DNA of 64,000 nucleotides from an uncultured Actinomycetota bacterium (GTDB lineage Bacteria; Actinomycetota; Actinomycetes; JAHEKZ01): NCBI GenBank assembly GCA_963829525.1, contig CAWHIJ010000003.1, positions 2,208,001 to 2,272,000 of the forward strand, read 5' to 3'. Shown piece by piece: positions 62,754 to 64,000 of this stretch (position 1 is its first letter; each line of letters starts with the position of its first letter). The notes under the pieces were generated by a model. It saw only the letters and a program-made list of their open reading frames with translations, ran no database searches and was not told where the DNA came from. The position numbers and the translations under genes were made by a program.

Positions 62754-64000
62754 TCGGCCTGCTCATCAGACTCGAGGATGGTGACAGCGGCCTCCAGGTC
62801 TGGGTAGGAGGTGAGCGATGCGTCGTCAGCGACCAGTGAGACCGCGTCATCCCTGGCAGCAACGATGATCTTCTCGTCGGAGACAGCTCGCAGCACCTTC
62901 AGACTCGACCGGACCCCCGACTGGGCTGCGCCAAGCACGTCGCCCTCCCGGCGTTGCTCGAGGTCTATCCGAGCCAGCACGAATCCGTCGCTGGTTCCGG
63001 CAACCGCTTCAAGCCGCTCGCGAGCCGGACTCTGGTCGGGCAGCTCGGTGACCAGGAGACAGAGGCCGGCGACGTCACCTCGACCCACACGACCACGGAT
63101 CTGGTGCAGCTGCGAGATACCAAACCGATCAGCGTCCATGACCACCATGACGCTGGCGTTGGGGACGTCGACACCGACCTCAATCACGGTGGTGGCGACC
63201 AGGACGTCGATCTCGCCGGCGGCGAAACTCGACATCACCGCCTCCTTGACCTCAGACGGAAGCTGTCCGTGCAGGACGCCCACGCGGCAGTCGGCCAGCG
63301 GACCGTCAGCAAGGAATCGAGCGAGGGCGAGCACCGAATGCTGTTCTGGCACAGCGGGCTCTCCAGGCGCAGCACCACCGGGCCCGTCGAGGTCGTCACC
63401 GATCCTCGGGCAGACGACATAGGCCTGCCGCCCCTTGCCGACCTCCTCGGTGATCCGCTCCCAGGCGCGGTCGAGGTACCTCGGCCGATCCGCGGCCGGA
63501 ACCACGTGGGTACTGATCTGCTGGCGGCCCTGGGGTAGCTCGGTCAACGTCGAGACGTCGAGGTCGCCAAAGATCGTCATGGCAACGGTCCGCGGAATCG
63601 GAGTTGCCGTCATCACAAGCACATGTGGCGGAGTCTCGGCCTTGGCACGCAGAGCCTCGCGCTGCTCGACCCCGAAGCGGTGCTGCTCGTCGATGACGAC
63701 CAGCCCGAGGTCAAAGAAGTCCACATGCTCCTGCAGCAGCGCATGGGTACCGACCACGATCCCTGCCTCGCCCGACGCGACGTCGAGCAAGGAGGCTCGA
63801 CGCTGCGCAGTGGGTTGGCTTCCGGTCAGCAGCCGGACACGAGTTGCTTGAGGGGGTGAGCCGAGCAGACCACCGTCGGCCAAGGGCCCCAGCATCGCCG
63901 TCATCGTGCGGAAGTGCTGCTGGGCCAACACCTCAGTCGGAGCCAGCAGAGCCGCCTGGCCACCGGCGTCGACAACGCTGACCATGGCCCGTAGCGCGAC
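62735..64000 (-). CDS. recG: ATP-dependent DNA helicase RecG (5' part outside window)
   Basis: APTEVLAQQH, IDEQHRFG, MTATPIPRT, QLHQIRGRVGRG. Confidence 0.95.
   Translation of the reverse strand, partial: VALRAMVSVVDAGGQAALLAPTEVLAQQHFRTMTAMLGPLADGGLLGSPPQATRVRLLTGSQPTAQRRASLLDVASGEAGIVVGTHALLQEHVDFFDLGLVVIDEQHRFGVEQREALRAKAETPPHVLVMTATPIPRTVAMTIFGDLDVSTLTELPQGRQQISTHVVPAADRPRYLDRAWERITEEVGKGRQAYVVCPRIGDDLDGPGGAAPGEPAVPEQHSVLALARFLADGPLADCRVGVLHGQLPSEVKEAVMSSFAAGEIDVLVATTVIEVGVDVPNASVMVVMDADRFGISQLHQIRGRVGRGDVAGLCLLVTELPDQSPARERLEAVAGTSDGFVLARIDLEQRREGDVLGAAQSGVRSSLKVLRAVSDEKIIVAARDDAVSLVADDASLTSYPDLEAAVTILESDEQAEYLEKS

Overview
High-GC actinobacterial chromosomal window with three parts. 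(i) About 1-22 kb is a polyamine/GABA catabolism and uptake island: gabT, agmatinase, mmsA, a PuuB-like oxidase, a Pot ABC transporter, two aminobutyraldehyde dehydrogenases, an Lrp regulator and a class III aminotransferase, interleaved with c-di-GMP genes. (ii) About 22-31 kb holds accessory metabolism: a glycosyltransferase / glucosamine-kinase-like / SIS operon, and an acyl-CoA dehydrogenase / CoA-transferase / GntR module. (iii) About 31-64 kb is the conserved actinobacterial core block: rlmN-cdsA-frr-pyrH-tsf-rpsB, whiG-xerC-dprA-comM-yraN, rnhB-lepB-lepB-rplS-trmD-rimM-khpA-rpsP-ffh, and ftsY-smc-mutM-rnc-rpmF-yceD-sepIVA-coaD-rsmD-recG. Many essential genes carry single-base frameshifts, most likely long-read assembly errors. 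The most striking item is absent from the ORF track: two tandem paralogous 34-aa signal-peptide-like ORFs ending in SVVGAG-x-KW-x-N (7026-7246, minus strand). They sit directly upstream of a multi-TM GGDEF-EAL protein that is translationally coupled to a DUF5317-like membrane protein with a signal-peptidase-II-like aspartate pair. This is a candidate peptide-pheromone / c-di-GMP signalling system (inference). Other notable signals are a 26-bp-periodic operator shared by two polyamine promoters and a MIRU-like chain of translationally coupled 7-codon ORFs between recG and rsmD. Family assignments are from motif recognition only; no searches were run.
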